Below the pieces are notes generated by a model. The model was not told the origin of the DNA, did not search any database, and worked only from the letters and a program-made list of their open reading frames with translations. Positions 10,482 to 20,322 of a stretch of DNA of 60,849 bases are shown here, piece after piece. A program made the translations under genes and the position numbers. Each line of letters begins with the position of its first letter. Position 1 is the stretch's first letter. Source of the stretch: Acidobacteriota bacterium (GTDB lineage: Bacteria; Acidobacteriota; Polarisedimenticolia; Gp22-AA2); NCBI GenBank assembly GCA_041486695.1, contig JBGPLZ010000003.1, positions 1 to 60,849 on the forward strand, given 5' to 3'.

Positions 10482-11378
10482 TTGGAGAGAAAGCGTCTCC
10501 TGTACCTGATCTCGTCGGATCCTCAGGTCAGTCCGTTCGACATCAACATGGCGTACGACGCCGGCTTCGACGCGGTGATCCCGTACGCTTCCGTGGCGGT
10601 GTCGGCGGTGACCGGTCTGGTGCAGGACGTGATGTTCTCGCGCGGGCCGAAGGGGGCGCGGGCCTCGGCCCTGTTCTTCTCCGGCTCCGATCTGACCAGG
10701 GCGGAAGAGATGCTGGCCGCGGCGCGCGTCGCCCTCTTCGATCCGTTCCGGATCGGGCTGATGGTCGATCCGCACGGCGGCTACACCACGGCCGCCGCGA
10801 TCGCGGCGCGGGTCGCCGCTCTCGCCCGGGCGCACGGGCTCGGGGCGCACGGCACTCTGCGTGTTCTGGTGGCGGCGGGAACCGGCGGCGTCGGCAAGAC
10901 GACCGCCGCGCTCCTGGCGCGCGATGGGGCGCCGGTCACACTCACCTCGCGCCGGGTCGACTCTGCGGAGGCCGCCGTCCGGGAGATCGCCCGGCTGTTC
11001 GCGGTCGAGGTGACGCCGCAGGGCGCCCCGGACGAGTCGGATCTGGGCCGCCTCGCGGGGGAGGCGGACATCATCATCGCCACCGGCGCGCCGGGCGTCC
11101 AGCTGCTGTCGCGGACTACGCTCCAGGCCCTGCGCGGACAAAAGATTCTGATCGATGTCAATGCGGTCCCGCCGGCGGGCATCGAGGGCCTGAAACCTCA
11201 GGACGACGGGGTCGAGCTGGCTCCGGGCCTCTTCGGTCTCGGGGCCCTGGCGATCGGGGGGCTCAAGTTCCAGGTCGAAGCGGCGCTCCTTCAGGATCTC
11301 CTGACGGCCGGGACGGCGCCGGTGATCGACCTCCGGGCCGCCCGCGCCAAGGCCGACGCGATCCTGGATTCGCGCTGA
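10482..11378 (+). CDS. NAD(P)-dependent methylene-H4MPT dehydrogenase (MtdA/MtdB family; the A/B subtype is not resolvable by eye)
   Basis: TTG start 10 nt after the fae stop. KRLLYLISSDPQVSPFDINMAYDAGFD, VLVAAGTGGVGKTTAALLARDGA (Rossmann fold) and GALAIGGLKFQVE resemble Mtd proteins. Confidence 0.85.
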   Translation: MERKRLLYLISSDPQVSPFDINMAYDAGFDAVIPYASVAVSAVTGLVQDVMFSRGPKGARASALFFSGSDLTRAEEMLAAARVALFDPFRIGLMVDPHGGYTTAAAIAARVAALARAHGLGAHGTLRVLVAAGTGGVGKTTAALLARDGAPVTLTSRRVDSAEAAVREIARLFAVEVTPQGAPDESDLGRLAGEADIIIATGAPGVQLLSRTTLQALRGQKILIDVNAVPPAGIEGLKPQDDGVELAPGLFGLGALAIGGLKFQVEAALLQDLLTAGTAPVIDLRAARAKADAILDSR

Positions 11379-11389
11379 GCGCCGGGCCG

Positions 11390-12640
11390 GTGCGCAGGCG
11401 CGACGGCGCTCCGCCGCCGGCCGTCCCGCAGGGCAGGCTGCGAATCGTCGGGGTCAGCGTGCGCGCCCTCGCGGCCTCGGTGATGAGAAGCCGCGCCATA
11501 TCGCGGCGTTTCCCCCAGGGATGCATCGCCCTCGATTATTTCGGAGACGCCGACCTGCTGGATCTCGGGGCGGCGCACCCGCTGCGGGCGCTGGCGCTCG
11601 GGCGGGATCTCTCCCTGCCACGATCGCTCGCGGCTCTGGCGCGCGCGGCGCTCGAGCTCCCGGCCGGCGCGACCATCTACGCGGGCGGTCTCGAGAACCG
11701 GCCGGAGCTCCTGCGACGGCTGGCGCGCTGTGGCCCGCTGCTTGGAAACGGCGCGGCGGAGGTCGCGGCGGTGCGTGACCCGGAGCGTTTCTTCGCCTTC
11801 CTCGCCGCCCGGGGCATTCCGCATGCGATGACCCGCGCCGGCGCCACGGTGGCGCCGCCGGGCGACTACCTCTGGAAGCCGGTCCGTTCGGGGGGTGGCG
11901 GCGGCATTCGTTTCGCGGCGGCGGGTGAGCGCCGGCCGAAGGCCCATTATCTCCAGGCCTTCATCGACGGGCCGGTCGGTTCGGCCATCGTCCTGGCCAC
12001 GCCGTCGGGCGCGAGTCTGCTCGGGGTCAGCACGCAGATCGTCGGCTGGAGCGCGCTCGGGGGCCGGGACTTCCGCTACGGCGGGAATCTGCTGGCCGCC
12101 CCGAGCGATCTCCTGGACGGTCCCGGCGTCAGGACGCTGGCACGGGCGGCGGCGTCGATCGCCCGCGGCTTCGGCCTGCGCGGCCTGTGCGGCATCGATT
12201 TCGTCCTCGATCGCGGCGTGCCGAAAATCATCGAGGTGAACCCGCGCTTCACCGCCTCGATGGAGCTCTGCGAGGAGAGGAGCGGGCGCAATCTGTTCGA
12301 TCTGCATCTGGCGGCATGCGAGGGGGAGCCACTCCCGGATGGCCCGCTGCGCGCCGCCCCCGGAGCGGCCCGCGTCCTGGCCAAGGGAATCGTCTACGCC
12401 GAGAGACCGATCGTCGCGCCCGATCCGGAGCGCCTGGCCGAGCTCGGCTGCCGTGATCGCCCGGTGCGCGGCGAGAGGATCGGCACGGGTCAGCCGATCT
12501 GCTCGATCGTGGTGGGGGGACGGTCCGCGACCCTCTGCCGGACGCTTCTGCTCGAGCGGGCCGCGGCGGTGAGGCGGCGGCTCCTCCGGCCGCAAACCAT
12601 GGCCCCGGCCGGCTTTCGGGAGAACCGTCGATCATGGTAA
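11390..12640 (+). CDS. ATP-grasp protein of the H4MPT cluster ('orf17' type)
   Basis: YLWKPVRSGGGGGI and GLCGIDFVLDRGVPKIIEVNPRFTASME. Confidence 0.75.
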   Translation: MRRRDGAPPPAVPQGRLRIVGVSVRALAASVMRSRAISRRFPQGCIALDYFGDADLLDLGAAHPLRALALGRDLSLPRSLAALARAALELPAGATIYAGGLENRPELLRRLARCGPLLGNGAAEVAAVRDPERFFAFLAARGIPHAMTRAGATVAPPGDYLWKPVRSGGGGGIRFAAAGERRPKAHYLQAFIDGPVGSAIVLATPSGASLLGVSTQIVGWSALGGRDFRYGGNLLAAPSDLLDGPGVRTLARAAASIARGFGLRGLCGIDFVLDRGVPKIIEVNPRFTASMELCEERSGRNLFDLHLAACEGEPLPDGPLRAAPGAARVLAKGIVYAERPIVAPDPERLAELGCRDRPVRGERIGTGQPICSIVVGGRSATLCRTLLLERAAAVRRRLLRPQTMAPAGFRENRRSW

Positions 12641-12677
12641 GCTGCCGCTGAACCTCACACAGAGACGCGACGCGGGC

Positions 12678-13427
12678 ATGGCGACGACCGGGACGGCACT
12701 GGTGACCGGAAGCACGCGCGGCATCGGTCGGGCGATCGCGCTGCGCCTCGCCCGGGACGGGCATCGTGTGGCGATCAACTACGCCCGCGATCGGCAGGCC
12801 GGGGAACGGACGCTCTCCGAGATGCGCGCCATCCGGGACGACGCGCTGCTCCTGCAGGCGGATGTGGAAACCGCGGACGGATGCGTCCGGCTGCTCCGGG
12901 AGGCGGTCGAGCGCCTCGGGCGCCTCGACATCCTGGTGAACAACGTCGGTCCGTTCCAGGAGCGGCCCCTGGCGGAGACCGACGACGACACCTGGCGCCG
13001 GATGGTCGACGGCAACCTCGGCAGCGCCTTCTGGTGCGCCCGCGAAGCGCTTCCGGCCATGCGCGCCGCCGGCCGCGGCTGCATCATCAACATCGGGGCC
13101 CTCAACGCCGAGGTCTCGCCCGGCATGACGCATGAGGCGCCGGCTTACTTCGTCGCCAAATCGGCGCTGGCCATGATGACCAAGTCGATGGCCCGCTCCG
13201 AGGGACCGAACCGGATCCGGGTCAACGCCGTGAGCCCCGGCTTCATCGAGACCGAGAGCTACGCCGGGTGGGATCCGGCCGAACAGGAGCGTTGGCGGTC
13301 GCAGATCCCGCTGGGGCGCTTCGGCCGCCCGGATGAGGTTGCCGAGGCGGTCGCGTTCCTGGTGTCGGAGAAGGCGGCCTACATCTCGGGGACCGTGCTG
13401 CACGTCCACGGTGGGTTGTGGATCTGA
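12678..13427 (+). CDS. Short-chain dehydrogenase/reductase (SDR) embedded in the pterin-biosynthesis block
   Basis: ALVTGSTRGIGRAIA (TGxxxGxG), LVNNVG, YFVAK (YxxxK), RVNAVSPGFI, ISGTVLHVHGG. The spacing upstream of the catalytic Tyr is atypical (NIGALNAEVSPGMTHEAPAY). Confidence 0.85.
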   Translation: MATTGTALVTGSTRGIGRAIALRLARDGHRVAINYARDRQAGERTLSEMRAIRDDALLLQADVETADGCVRLLREAVERLGRLDILVNNVGPFQERPLAETDDDTWRRMVDGNLGSAFWCAREALPAMRAAGRGCIINIGALNAEVSPGMTHEAPAYFVAKSALAMMTKSMARSEGPNRIRVNAVSPGFIETESYAGWDPAEQERWRSQIPLGRFGRPDEVAEAVAFLVSEKAAYISGTVLHVHGGLWI

Positions 13428-14815
13428 CTCCGCGACCGCGCTATGCCTTCGTGACCGGGCAGCTGGCGAGCGCCGGGTTGACGGCGACGCTCGGGGATCT
13501 GTCGGAGCGCTTCTCCTGGAGCGTTGAGACGCTGCGCATCAAGGTGGCCTCCCTGATGACGACCGACTACGTGAAGACGACCCTGAAGCCGCCGGCCTGC
13601 GATGCCGTTTTCCTGCCGGGTCTCAGCCAGGCCGACACCGCGGCCCTGGAGCGCGCTTTCGGCGTGCCCTTTCGGAAGGGTCCCGCGGATCTTCGCGATC
13701 TTCCCGCGTTCTTTGGCGAGCCGGCGGAGGGGTACCGGCCGGACGGCCCGCATGACCTGACCATTCTCGCCGAGATCAACGACGTGCACCGCCTGGACGA
13801 TGCGGCGATCCTGTCGGCGGCGGAGCGCTACCGGGCCTCGGGCGCCGACGTCATCGATCTCGGCTGCTCTCCCGAGCACCCGATGCGCGACCTGGGACGC
13901 GTGGTGCGCCTTTTGAGGACGCGGGGCTTCCGGGTCAGCGCCGACACCTTCGACGAGCGCGAGGCGCTGTCGGCCGACGAGGCCGGCGCGGAGTTCCTCC
14001 TGAGCCTGAACGGGGAGAACATCGGCCTCGCCGCCCGGCTGCAGAGCGCCGTGCCGGTGGTGATCCCCGATCACGGAGCGGGGCTCCCGTCCCTGCTGCG
14101 CAATGTCGAGGAGGCGCGCTCGCGCGGCGTCCGCCGGCTGATCGTCGATGCGGTTCTCGACCCGATCCACTTCGGCTTCGCCGCCTCGATCAGGCGCTAC
14201 GCCGAGACTCGCGAAGCGCTTCCCGAGGCGGAGATCCTGATGGGCGTCGGCAATCTGACCGAGCTGACCGAGGCCGATTCGACCGGGGTGAACGCGGTTC
14301 TCGCGGGGCTCATGAGCGAGCTCGGTGTCCGCTTCGCCTTGACCACGGAGGTGATCCCCTGGGCGCGCGGCGCGGTGCGCGAGCTCGACTGCGGCCGCCG
14401 CATGATGCACTATGCCAGGAAGCGCGGGCTTTCCCCCAAGGGCTTCGACGCGCGCCTGGTGACCACGCGCGACCCGCGTCCGACGCGGCCCAGCGAGGCC
14501 GATCTCAGGGTGATGCACGAGCGGCTCACCGACCGGAACTTCCGCATCGACACCGACGGCGAGTCGGTCTTCGTGTTCAACTCCGAGCGCTTCGTCAAGG
14601 GCACCGACATCCAGGCGATCTTCCCGAAGCTGGGCGTGTCGGACGACGCCTCGCACGCCTTCTACCTGGGGCGCGAGCTGATGAAGGCCGACCTGGCGCG
14701 CCGCCTGGGCAAGAAGTACATCCAGGGAGAGCCGCTGCAATGGGGCTACCTGACCTACCTGGAGGAGGCGGGCGATCATGGGCGCCGGCGCCCGGCCGGG
14801 AAGGCCCGCCGATGA
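13418..14815 (+). CDS. Dihydropteroate-synthase-related (pterin-binding) protein of H4MPT biosynthesis, with an extra N-terminal domain
   Basis: 10-nt overlap with the SDR gene. GADVIDLGCSP, VVIPDHG, LMGVGNLTELTEADSTGVNAVL are DHPS-like barrel motifs. Cluster context supports the call. Confidence 0.8.
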   Translation: MDLTPRPRYAFVTGQLASAGLTATLGDLSERFSWSVETLRIKVASLMTTDYVKTTLKPPACDAVFLPGLSQADTAALERAFGVPFRKGPADLRDLPAFFGEPAEGYRPDGPHDLTILAEINDVHRLDDAAILSAAERYRASGADVIDLGCSPEHPMRDLGRVVRLLRTRGFRVSADTFDEREALSADEAGAEFLLSLNGENIGLAARLQSAVPVVIPDHGAGLPSLLRNVEEARSRGVRRLIVDAVLDPIHFGFAASIRRYAETREALPEAEILMGVGNLTELTEADSTGVNAVLAGLMSELGVRFALTTEVIPWARGAVRELDCGRRMMHYARKRGLSPKGFDARLVTTRDPRPTRPSEADLRVMHERLTDRNFRIDTDGESVFVFNSERFVKGTDIQAIFPKLGVSDDASHAFYLGRELMKADLARRLGKKYIQGEPLQWGYLTYLEEAGDHGRRRPAGKARR

Positions 14816-15189
14816 GCCCGATGCGGGACGACCGCCTGTCGCTGCGCGCCATTCTCTGCCGCGTGCACATCGGTGTGACCGAGGAGGAGCGCCGCGAGCG
14901 CCAGAAGATCGAGGTCGATCTCGATCTGCGTCTCGACCTGGCTCCGGCGGTGCGCACGGGCGATCTCCGCGCCACCATCGACTATCGTGAGGTGTGCGAC
15001 GCGGTGCGCGGCTTCCTGCAGAGCGGCACCTTCCGCCTGGTCGAGACGGCGGCCGGGGGCGTGGCCGATCTTGTGCTGCAGCGCTTCGCAGCCCGCCGGG
15101 TGACGGTCCGGCTGCGCAAGTTCGTCCTGCCGGACGTCGGCCACGTCGAAGTGGAGCTGGAGCGCGCCCGGGAGGAAGGGCCCCGGTGA
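14812..15189 (+). CDS. folB: Dihydroneopterin aldolase (FolB family)
   Basis: ATGA overlap with the upstream stop. LRAILCRVHIGVTEEERRERQKIEVDLDL and TIDYREV are typical FolB motifs. Confidence 0.85.
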   Translation: MSPMRDDRLSLRAILCRVHIGVTEEERRERQKIEVDLDLRLDLAPAVRTGDLRATIDYREVCDAVRGFLQSGTFRLVETAAGGVADLVLQRFAARRVTVRLRKFVLPDVGHVEVELERAREEGPR

Positions 15190-15743
15190 TCCTCGAAACG
15201 ATCGTGTCGACGATGGATGCCCTGGGGCGGGCGAATTTCGCGCCGATGGGGATCCGGCTCGAAGGGGAGAGGGTGCTGCTGCGGCCGTTCCGCGACGCCC
15301 AAACCTGGAAGAATCTCCAGGAGGTCCCGGAGGGGGTGGTGAATTTCACTGACAACGTGCTGCTGTTCGCCCGCTGCGCCGTCGGCACGTTCGTGCCGCC
15401 GCATCGTGAGGCGGCCAGGGTCCGTGGCGCGGTGCTCGAAGATGTCTGCTCGTGGAAAGAGTTCCGGGTCGTCGAACGCTACCTGGAGGAGGAGCGCGGC
15501 CGGTTCTGGGCACAGGTTGTGACGGAGGGGCGGGCGCGCGAGTTCCTGGGGTTCAACCGGGGGAAGCACGCCGTCATCGAAGCGACCATCGCGGCCACCC
15601 GGGTCCACCTGCTCGGGCGCGGGCCGGTCCTGGAGGAGATCGCCCGGCTGCGGCCGCTGGTCGACAAGACCGGCGGCCCCGAGGAACAGGAAGCCTTCGC
15701 GTTCCTGGAGAGCCGGATCAACGGAGGGGACCATGTCGGTTGA
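15186..15743 (+). CDS. DUF447-family protein (H4MPT cluster 'orf9' type)
   Basis: GTGA overlap with the folB stop. VILETIVSTMD..NFAPMGI, GVVNFTDNV, NRGKHAVIEA. Confidence 0.7.
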   Translation: MILETIVSTMDALGRANFAPMGIRLEGERVLLRPFRDAQTWKNLQEVPEGVVNFTDNVLLFARCAVGTFVPPHREAARVRGAVLEDVCSWKEFRVVERYLEEERGRFWAQVVTEGRAREFLGFNRGKHAVIEATIAATRVHLLGRGPVLEEIARLRPLVDKTGGPEEQEAFAFLESRINGGDHVG

Positions 15744-16734
15744 GGTGACCGCCCACGCCCGGCTGCATTTCGGTTTTCTCGACCTGGCCGCCGATGAAGC
15801 ACGGCGCTTCGGCGGGATCGGTCTGGCGATCGACCGGCCGCGCGTGCGGCTCCTTCTGGAGGCCGGGCGCGGAGTGAGGGTCGAGGGACCACAGGCGGAG
15901 CGGGTCGAGCGTCTGATCGAGCGCTTCTACCGGACCACGGGGATCAAGCGGGGAGTCCGGGTCCGGGTCATGGAGGCGATCCCGGAACATGTCGGGCTCG
16001 GCTCCGGCACCCAGACTTCCCTGGCGCTGGCCAGCGGGCTGGCCCGCCTGCACGAGTTCGAGGCCTCGCCCGAGAAACTTTGCCTGGTCATGGGCCGGGC
16101 GCAGCGTTCGGGGATCGGCTTTCATGCCTTCCTGAGCGGCGGGTTCATCGTCGAAGGAGGGCATGCGCGCGGCGCTGCGGGGCCGTCCCGCCCGCCGCTC
16201 CTGATGCGGCACGCTTTCCCCGCCGACTGGCGCATCCTCGTCGTCATCCCCCGGCTCCTGCCGGCGGTCAGCGGCCCCGACGAGGAGGAGGCCTTCCGCC
16301 GGCTGCCTCCTCCACCGGGAGATGCCTCCCTGCGGATGAGCCGCATCGTACTGATGCAGTTGCTGCCGGCGCTCGTCGAGCGCAACCTGCCGGCCTTCGG
16401 CGCGGCACTCGCCGAGGCCCAGGAGATCGTCGGCGGCTGCTTCGCCGCGATCCAGGATGGTCCCTTCCACCCGGCGGCCGCGGCCGTCGCGCGTCGCCTC
16501 AAGCGGGCCGGCGCCTGCGGAGTCGGACAGAGCTCCTGGGGTCCGGCGCTCTACGCCTTCGCCGCCGACGCCGCCGAGGAAGAACGGCAAAGGACGATGG
16601 TGCGGGCGTGCCAGAGCGAGGCGCTCCTGTTCTCGACCCGCGGTCTCAACCGTGGCGCCTCGATTGCGGTGCGGAGGAACGCCGCGCGGGCGGTGCGCTC
16701 TCGAGCAGCAGAGCCATCAGCGCCGCGACCGTGA
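15733..16734 (+). CDS. mptG: Beta-ribofuranosylaminobenzene 5'-phosphate synthase (GHMP-kinase fold)
   Basis: ARLHFGFLDL, IPEHVGLGSGTQTSLA (GHMP motif), GVGQSSWGPALYAF. Confidence 0.85.
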   Translation: MSVEVTAHARLHFGFLDLAADEARRFGGIGLAIDRPRVRLLLEAGRGVRVEGPQAERVERLIERFYRTTGIKRGVRVRVMEAIPEHVGLGSGTQTSLALASGLARLHEFEASPEKLCLVMGRAQRSGIGFHAFLSGGFIVEGGHARGAAGPSRPPLLMRHAFPADWRILVVIPRLLPAVSGPDEEEAFRRLPPPPGDASLRMSRIVLMQLLPALVERNLPAFGAALAEAQEIVGGCFAAIQDGPFHPAAAAVARRLKRAGACGVGQSSWGPALYAFAADAAEEERQRTMVRACQSEALLFSTRGLNRGASIAVRRNAARAVRSRAAEPSAPRP

Positions 16735-17515
16735 GGTCGGCCGTGGCGCCGGGGTTCTGCGGCGGCCGCGAGGCCCGCAGGCGCCGATCGAGCGCCGCGA
16801 TTCTCCGGCGCCCGGACGCGGTGAGCACGCCCCCCGCCTGCAGCGCCGCGGCCGCCGCGCGCGACACCCGCTCCGCCGCCTCCGTCCCGTGCCGGCGCGC
16901 GATGAGCGTATCGGTCGCGCCTGCGAGGATCGACAGGTAGGTCTGGGAGATGGCGTGCGCGAGACTCAGGTGGCGGGCGCGAAGCCGCCGGAGCGTCGGG
17001 AGACCGACCGTGAAGGTGGTCCGGAAATCACTGGCATACTCGCGGGCGATGGCGTCCCGCCCGGCGGCCAGACGCATGCACTCAAGAAGGGTCCCGGTGG
17101 GGGTCCGCGCCACGTCCTGCGCCGGGACGCTCCCGAGCCCGCCGGCCCCGGCCAGCCGGATCGCCCGGTAGGCGAGGCGAGCATCCCGGACGTCGAGATC
17201 CCGCAGGACGCCCGCGAGCCGGCGGCGCAGCTCTCCGGCGCGGCGACCCCCGGCGGCGCGCGCCAGAGGCGCAAGCAGGAGAACGATGCCGAGGTTGGTG
17301 TTGGTCCGGACCACCCGCCGGGTTCTGCGGATGGCTTCGAGCACCAGCTCGCCGACCCGCCGGCGCCCGGCATCGCGGAAGGCGGGGCCGATGGCGGTGG
17401 CGCTCAGAACCAGGTCGCGGTAGGTCAGCCCTGGAAGGTCGCGGCCCCGGCTGACGTTGCCGGGCTTGGCCGCCGTCACGTCGAGCAGGCAGGCGATCTG
17501 CGCCGCCGCCGCCAC
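16646..17515 (-). CDS. Triphosphoribosyl-dephospho-CoA synthase-like protein (CitG/MdcB family; H4MPT cluster 'orf4' type)
   Basis: ACLLDVTAAKPGNVSRG, TNTNLGIVLLLAPLA, ATDTLIARRHG. Its 3' end overlaps the convergent mptG by 89 nt. Confidence 0.75.
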   Translation of the reverse strand: MAAAAQIACLLDVTAAKPGNVSRGRDLPGLTYRDLVLSATAIGPAFRDAGRRRVGELVLEAIRRTRRVVRTNTNLGIVLLLAPLARAAGGRRAGELRRRLAGVLRDLDVRDARLAYRAIRLAGAGGLGSVPAQDVARTPTGTLLECMRLAAGRDAIAREYASDFRTTFTVGLPTLRRLRARHLSLAHAISQTYLSILAGATDTLIARRHGTEAAERVSRAAAAALQAGGVLTASGRRRIAALDRRLRASRPPQNPGATADLTVAALMALLLESAPPARRSSAPQSRRHG

Positions 17516-17575
17516 GTGGTCCGCGCGGGCGTGGCCGCGACGCGACCGCCGGGGCGCGCGTCGGGGGGCCGTTTC

Positions 17576-18490
17576 TCAGCCGCGCGCCGCAGGCTCACGA
17601 CGGCTCTCGATCTGCGCCGTGACCAGACGCGCGATCTCGAAGGCGATGTCGATCGGCGTCGTCTCTTGCAGCGCCGACCAGCCGGGGATGCCGTTCACCT
17701 CGATCACCAGGATGCGGCCGTCCTCCGCTTCCATGAGATCGACGCCGGCGTAATCGGCCCCGATGGCACGGCAGGCGCGCAGGGCCAGATCCTCCTCCTC
17801 CGGCCGCGGCCGGTGCGCCGCGGCGCGCGCTCCCGCGGCCACGTTGGTCTTCCAGCCGGCGCCGATCCGGCGCGCCGCGGCGACCAGGCGGCCGCCGACG
17901 ACGAACAGCCGCAGATCGGAGCGGCCGTGCGGCACGAACTCCTGCAGGTAGAAGACGGCGCGCTGCAGCTCGAGGGTGCGGAAGGTGCGGTAGGCGAGGT
18001 CCTCGTCCGAGACGCGCAGGATGCCGCGCCCGCCGGAGCCGAGGAGCGGCTTGACCAGCACGTCGCCCATGGTCGCGAAGGCCGCCATCGCCTCCTCGAA
18101 CCCCTCCGCGGCGACCGTGCGCGGCGTCGGCAGTCCCGCCTCGGCCAGCAGGCGCGACGTCCAGTGCTTGTCGATCGTCCGCTCCAGCGCCCGGGGCGGA
18201 TTGATCACCGGAAGCCCGCCATCGAACAACAGATGCAATGCGTCCACCCGGAAGACGATCTGATCGAGAGAGCCCGGAGGGATGAGCCGTACCAGGAGCC
18301 CATCCAGCCCTTCCAGCTCGCACCCGGCGACGCGCACCGAACCCGCGGGGCGACCTCCGGCCCGCTCGACCAGACCCGTCAGCCGGCGCGCATCGAGTCG
18401 CAGGGCCTCGCAGCCGCAGCGGGCCAGCGCCGCCGACAGGGCGCGCAGATGCCAGCCATCCCCCGATGCCAGGATCCCGACCCGCGCCAT
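17576..18490 (-). CDS. RimK-family ATP-grasp alpha-L-glutamate ligase (MptN-like)
   Basis: VLVKPLLGSGGRGI, FYLQEFV, WKTNVAAG, YAGVDLME..ILVIEVNGIPGW. Confidence 0.85.
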   Translation of the reverse strand: MARVGILASGDGWHLRALSAALARCGCEALRLDARRLTGLVERAGGRPAGSVRVAGCELEGLDGLLVRLIPPGSLDQIVFRVDALHLLFDGGLPVINPPRALERTIDKHWTSRLLAEAGLPTPRTVAAEGFEEAMAAFATMGDVLVKPLLGSGGRGILRVSDEDLAYRTFRTLELQRAVFYLQEFVPHGRSDLRLFVVGGRLVAAARRIGAGWKTNVAAGARAAAHRPRPEEEDLALRACRAIGADYAGVDLMEAEDGRILVIEVNGIPGWSALQETTPIDIAFEIARLVTAQIESRREPAARG

Positions 18491-18541
18491 CCCTTTCTCC
18501 TCGTGCTCTCCCGGACGCCCGCAGCGTCCCCGGGCAGGCCC

Positions 18542-19501
18542 TCAGGCGATCCCGAAGGAGCGCCGGAGCATCCCCTCGTCGACCGTCCCGGCGCTCGACA
18601 CCCGGCCGGTGCGCTCGTTCAGGAAGGTGACTCGCGCCGGGCTGAACAGCAGCGGATCGATCTTGTAAAAGTCGCCATGTTCCAGGAATAACTCGTGAAA
18701 CAGACGGCCATGGTGGCGTGATGAGGACGAGGGGACGCGGGGCAGGATCGCGTCGACGGCGCCGTCCTCCGCCCGGACCCATAGCGACACCGAGGCTCCG
18801 TAGAGGACGGCGTCGTTGGTCCGGCCGATCGCCTGCAGGGGATCGGGATGGCCGGGGGCGATGGGCGCATCGCCCGCTCCGGCGACGATCGTCTCGACAT
18901 CGAAGCCGAGCTCCAGGAGCTTGTGCAGCGTCGTCTCGACGCTGCGCGCGGCGATCTGGGTCGCCCCGGCCAGGCTGGAGGTCGCCGCGGCGACGAGCGT
19001 CAAGGCTTCGGGCGGCACTCCGCAGCGCGCGGCGACCAGGTCGGCCACGTCCTCTCCGGGAAGCGTCGAGGTCTCGAGCAGCAGCACCGAGCGCGGCGCG
19101 CGCGAAGCGAGCGGCAGCTTCGCGAACAGCGGCTCGATCGCCGCCAGGGCCCGCGCCGGGCCCGAGCCCATGGCAAAGAAGGTCCCCGTCTTGACCTTCC
19201 AGCCGGCGTACTGCGAGCCGAGGCAGGCGAGCAGCGGCCGGTCGACCGCGACGCGCGCCTGGAGGATGGTCGCCGGGCCGAGCGGCCGGGTGTCCACGCT
19301 CACGCGTCCCAGCCCTCCCAGGCAGGCCTCGGCGAACAGACGCCCCGCTTCGACGGAGCCGGACGCGCGGACGCCGGCATCGATTAGCCGCGCGCCATTC
19401 CTGAGATGATGCACCTCGACGCCGAGGACCGCGCCGCGCGCCTCCATCTCGTCAGCGATGCGCACCGCATTGTCGTGGATGGCCGCCTCGCCGGTGCTCA
19501 T
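18542..19501 (-). CDS. mch: Methenyl-H4MPT cyclohydrolase
   Basis: Full-length resemblance to Mch: LIDAGV, ACLGSQYAGW, FAMGSGPARA, IGRTNDAVLYG. ATGA overlap with the fhcC stop. Confidence 0.9.
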   Translation of the reverse strand: MSTGEAAIHDNAVRIADEMEARGAVLGVEVHHLRNGARLIDAGVRASGSVEAGRLFAEACLGGLGRVSVDTRPLGPATILQARVAVDRPLLACLGSQYAGWKVKTGTFFAMGSGPARALAAIEPLFAKLPLASRAPRSVLLLETSTLPGEDVADLVAARCGVPPEALTLVAAATSSLAGATQIAARSVETTLHKLLELGFDVETIVAGAGDAPIAPGHPDPLQAIGRTNDAVLYGASVSLWVRAEDGAVDAILPRVPSSSSRHHGRLFHELFLEHGDFYKIDPLLFSPARVTFLNERTGRVSSAGTVDEGMLRRSFGIA

Positions 19502-20322
19502 GCGCCCTCCTCCGGGATCAGGATTTCGCCCTGTCCGAGATCCGAGATGTCGCCGACGTGCCGGTGGTAGCGGGCGGTGCGCGCCCCGGGCGGCAGGGCG
19601 ATCCCGGCCGCCTCGATCTGGCGGACATAGATCTCGAGGAATGAATACCGGCCGGCGCCGGCATCGAGAAAGACCGGCAGCGGCTGGGCGCCCCCGAGGG
19701 CGACGATGGTGCCGCGCCGCATCAACGCGCCCGCGCCCGCTCCGAGACGGCCGAGAACGAAGAGACTTCCCGCCAGCATGCCGCAGCCGGCGCCCGGCCC
19801 CGCATCCTTTCCGATGACGATGGTGCCGCGACGCATCCGCATCGCGGCCATCGAGGCGACGGAGCCCTCGACCACGATCGCCCCCCGGTTCATGCCGTGA
19901 GGCCGCCCCGGCAAGGGGGCCGCGAGCGCTTCGCCGGCATCGCCGCGGATCCGCAGCAGACCGCCCCGCATCCCTTCGCCGGCGCGCTCGCCGGCCGCGC
20001 CCTCGATGATCAACACGCCCCCGCTCATCCCGGAGCCGGCGCAGGGGCCGACCGTTCCGCGCAGCGTCATGCGGCCGCGCGTCATCTCGGCCCCCAGACG
20101 GGCGAGGCCCGAGAGATCCCCCTCCATCTCAATGGTCTCCCCGCCGTCCCCCGAGACCGTGAAGAGATCGCCGAGCGCCGGCCGGTCTCCGCCCGCCCGA
20201 AGCGGCCGCCGCTCCACCGCGCTTCGCGCCAGGCCCGCCAGCTGTTCCGGGAGCAGGCCCAGGGCGTCGATCGCGGCGCCGGCCGCCTCCGGGCGAAGCT
20301 TGAGCCGCAACGCACTGGTCAT
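19498..20322 (-). CDS. fhcC: Formyltransferase/hydrolase complex subunit C (formylmethanofuran dehydrogenase subunit C-like)
   Basis: Start MTSALRLKL at 20322 (ATGA overlap with the fhcD stop). Repeated G.AG...G.GM.GG.L.I.G turns. The 671-aa ORF in the track is an artefactual upstream extension. Confidence 0.85.
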   Translation of the reverse strand: MTSALRLKLRPEAAGAAIDALGLLPEQLAGLARSAVERRPLRAGGDRPALGDLFTVSGDGGETIEMEGDLSGLARLGAEMTRGRMTLRGTVGPCAGSGMSGGVLIIEGAAGERAGEGMRGGLLRIRGDAGEALAAPLPGRPHGMNRGAIVVEGSVASMAAMRMRRGTIVIGKDAGPGAGCGMLAGSLFVLGRLGAGAGALMRRGTIVALGGAQPLPVFLDAGAGRYSFLEIYVRQIEAAGIALPPGARTARYHRHVGDISDLGQGEILIPEEGA

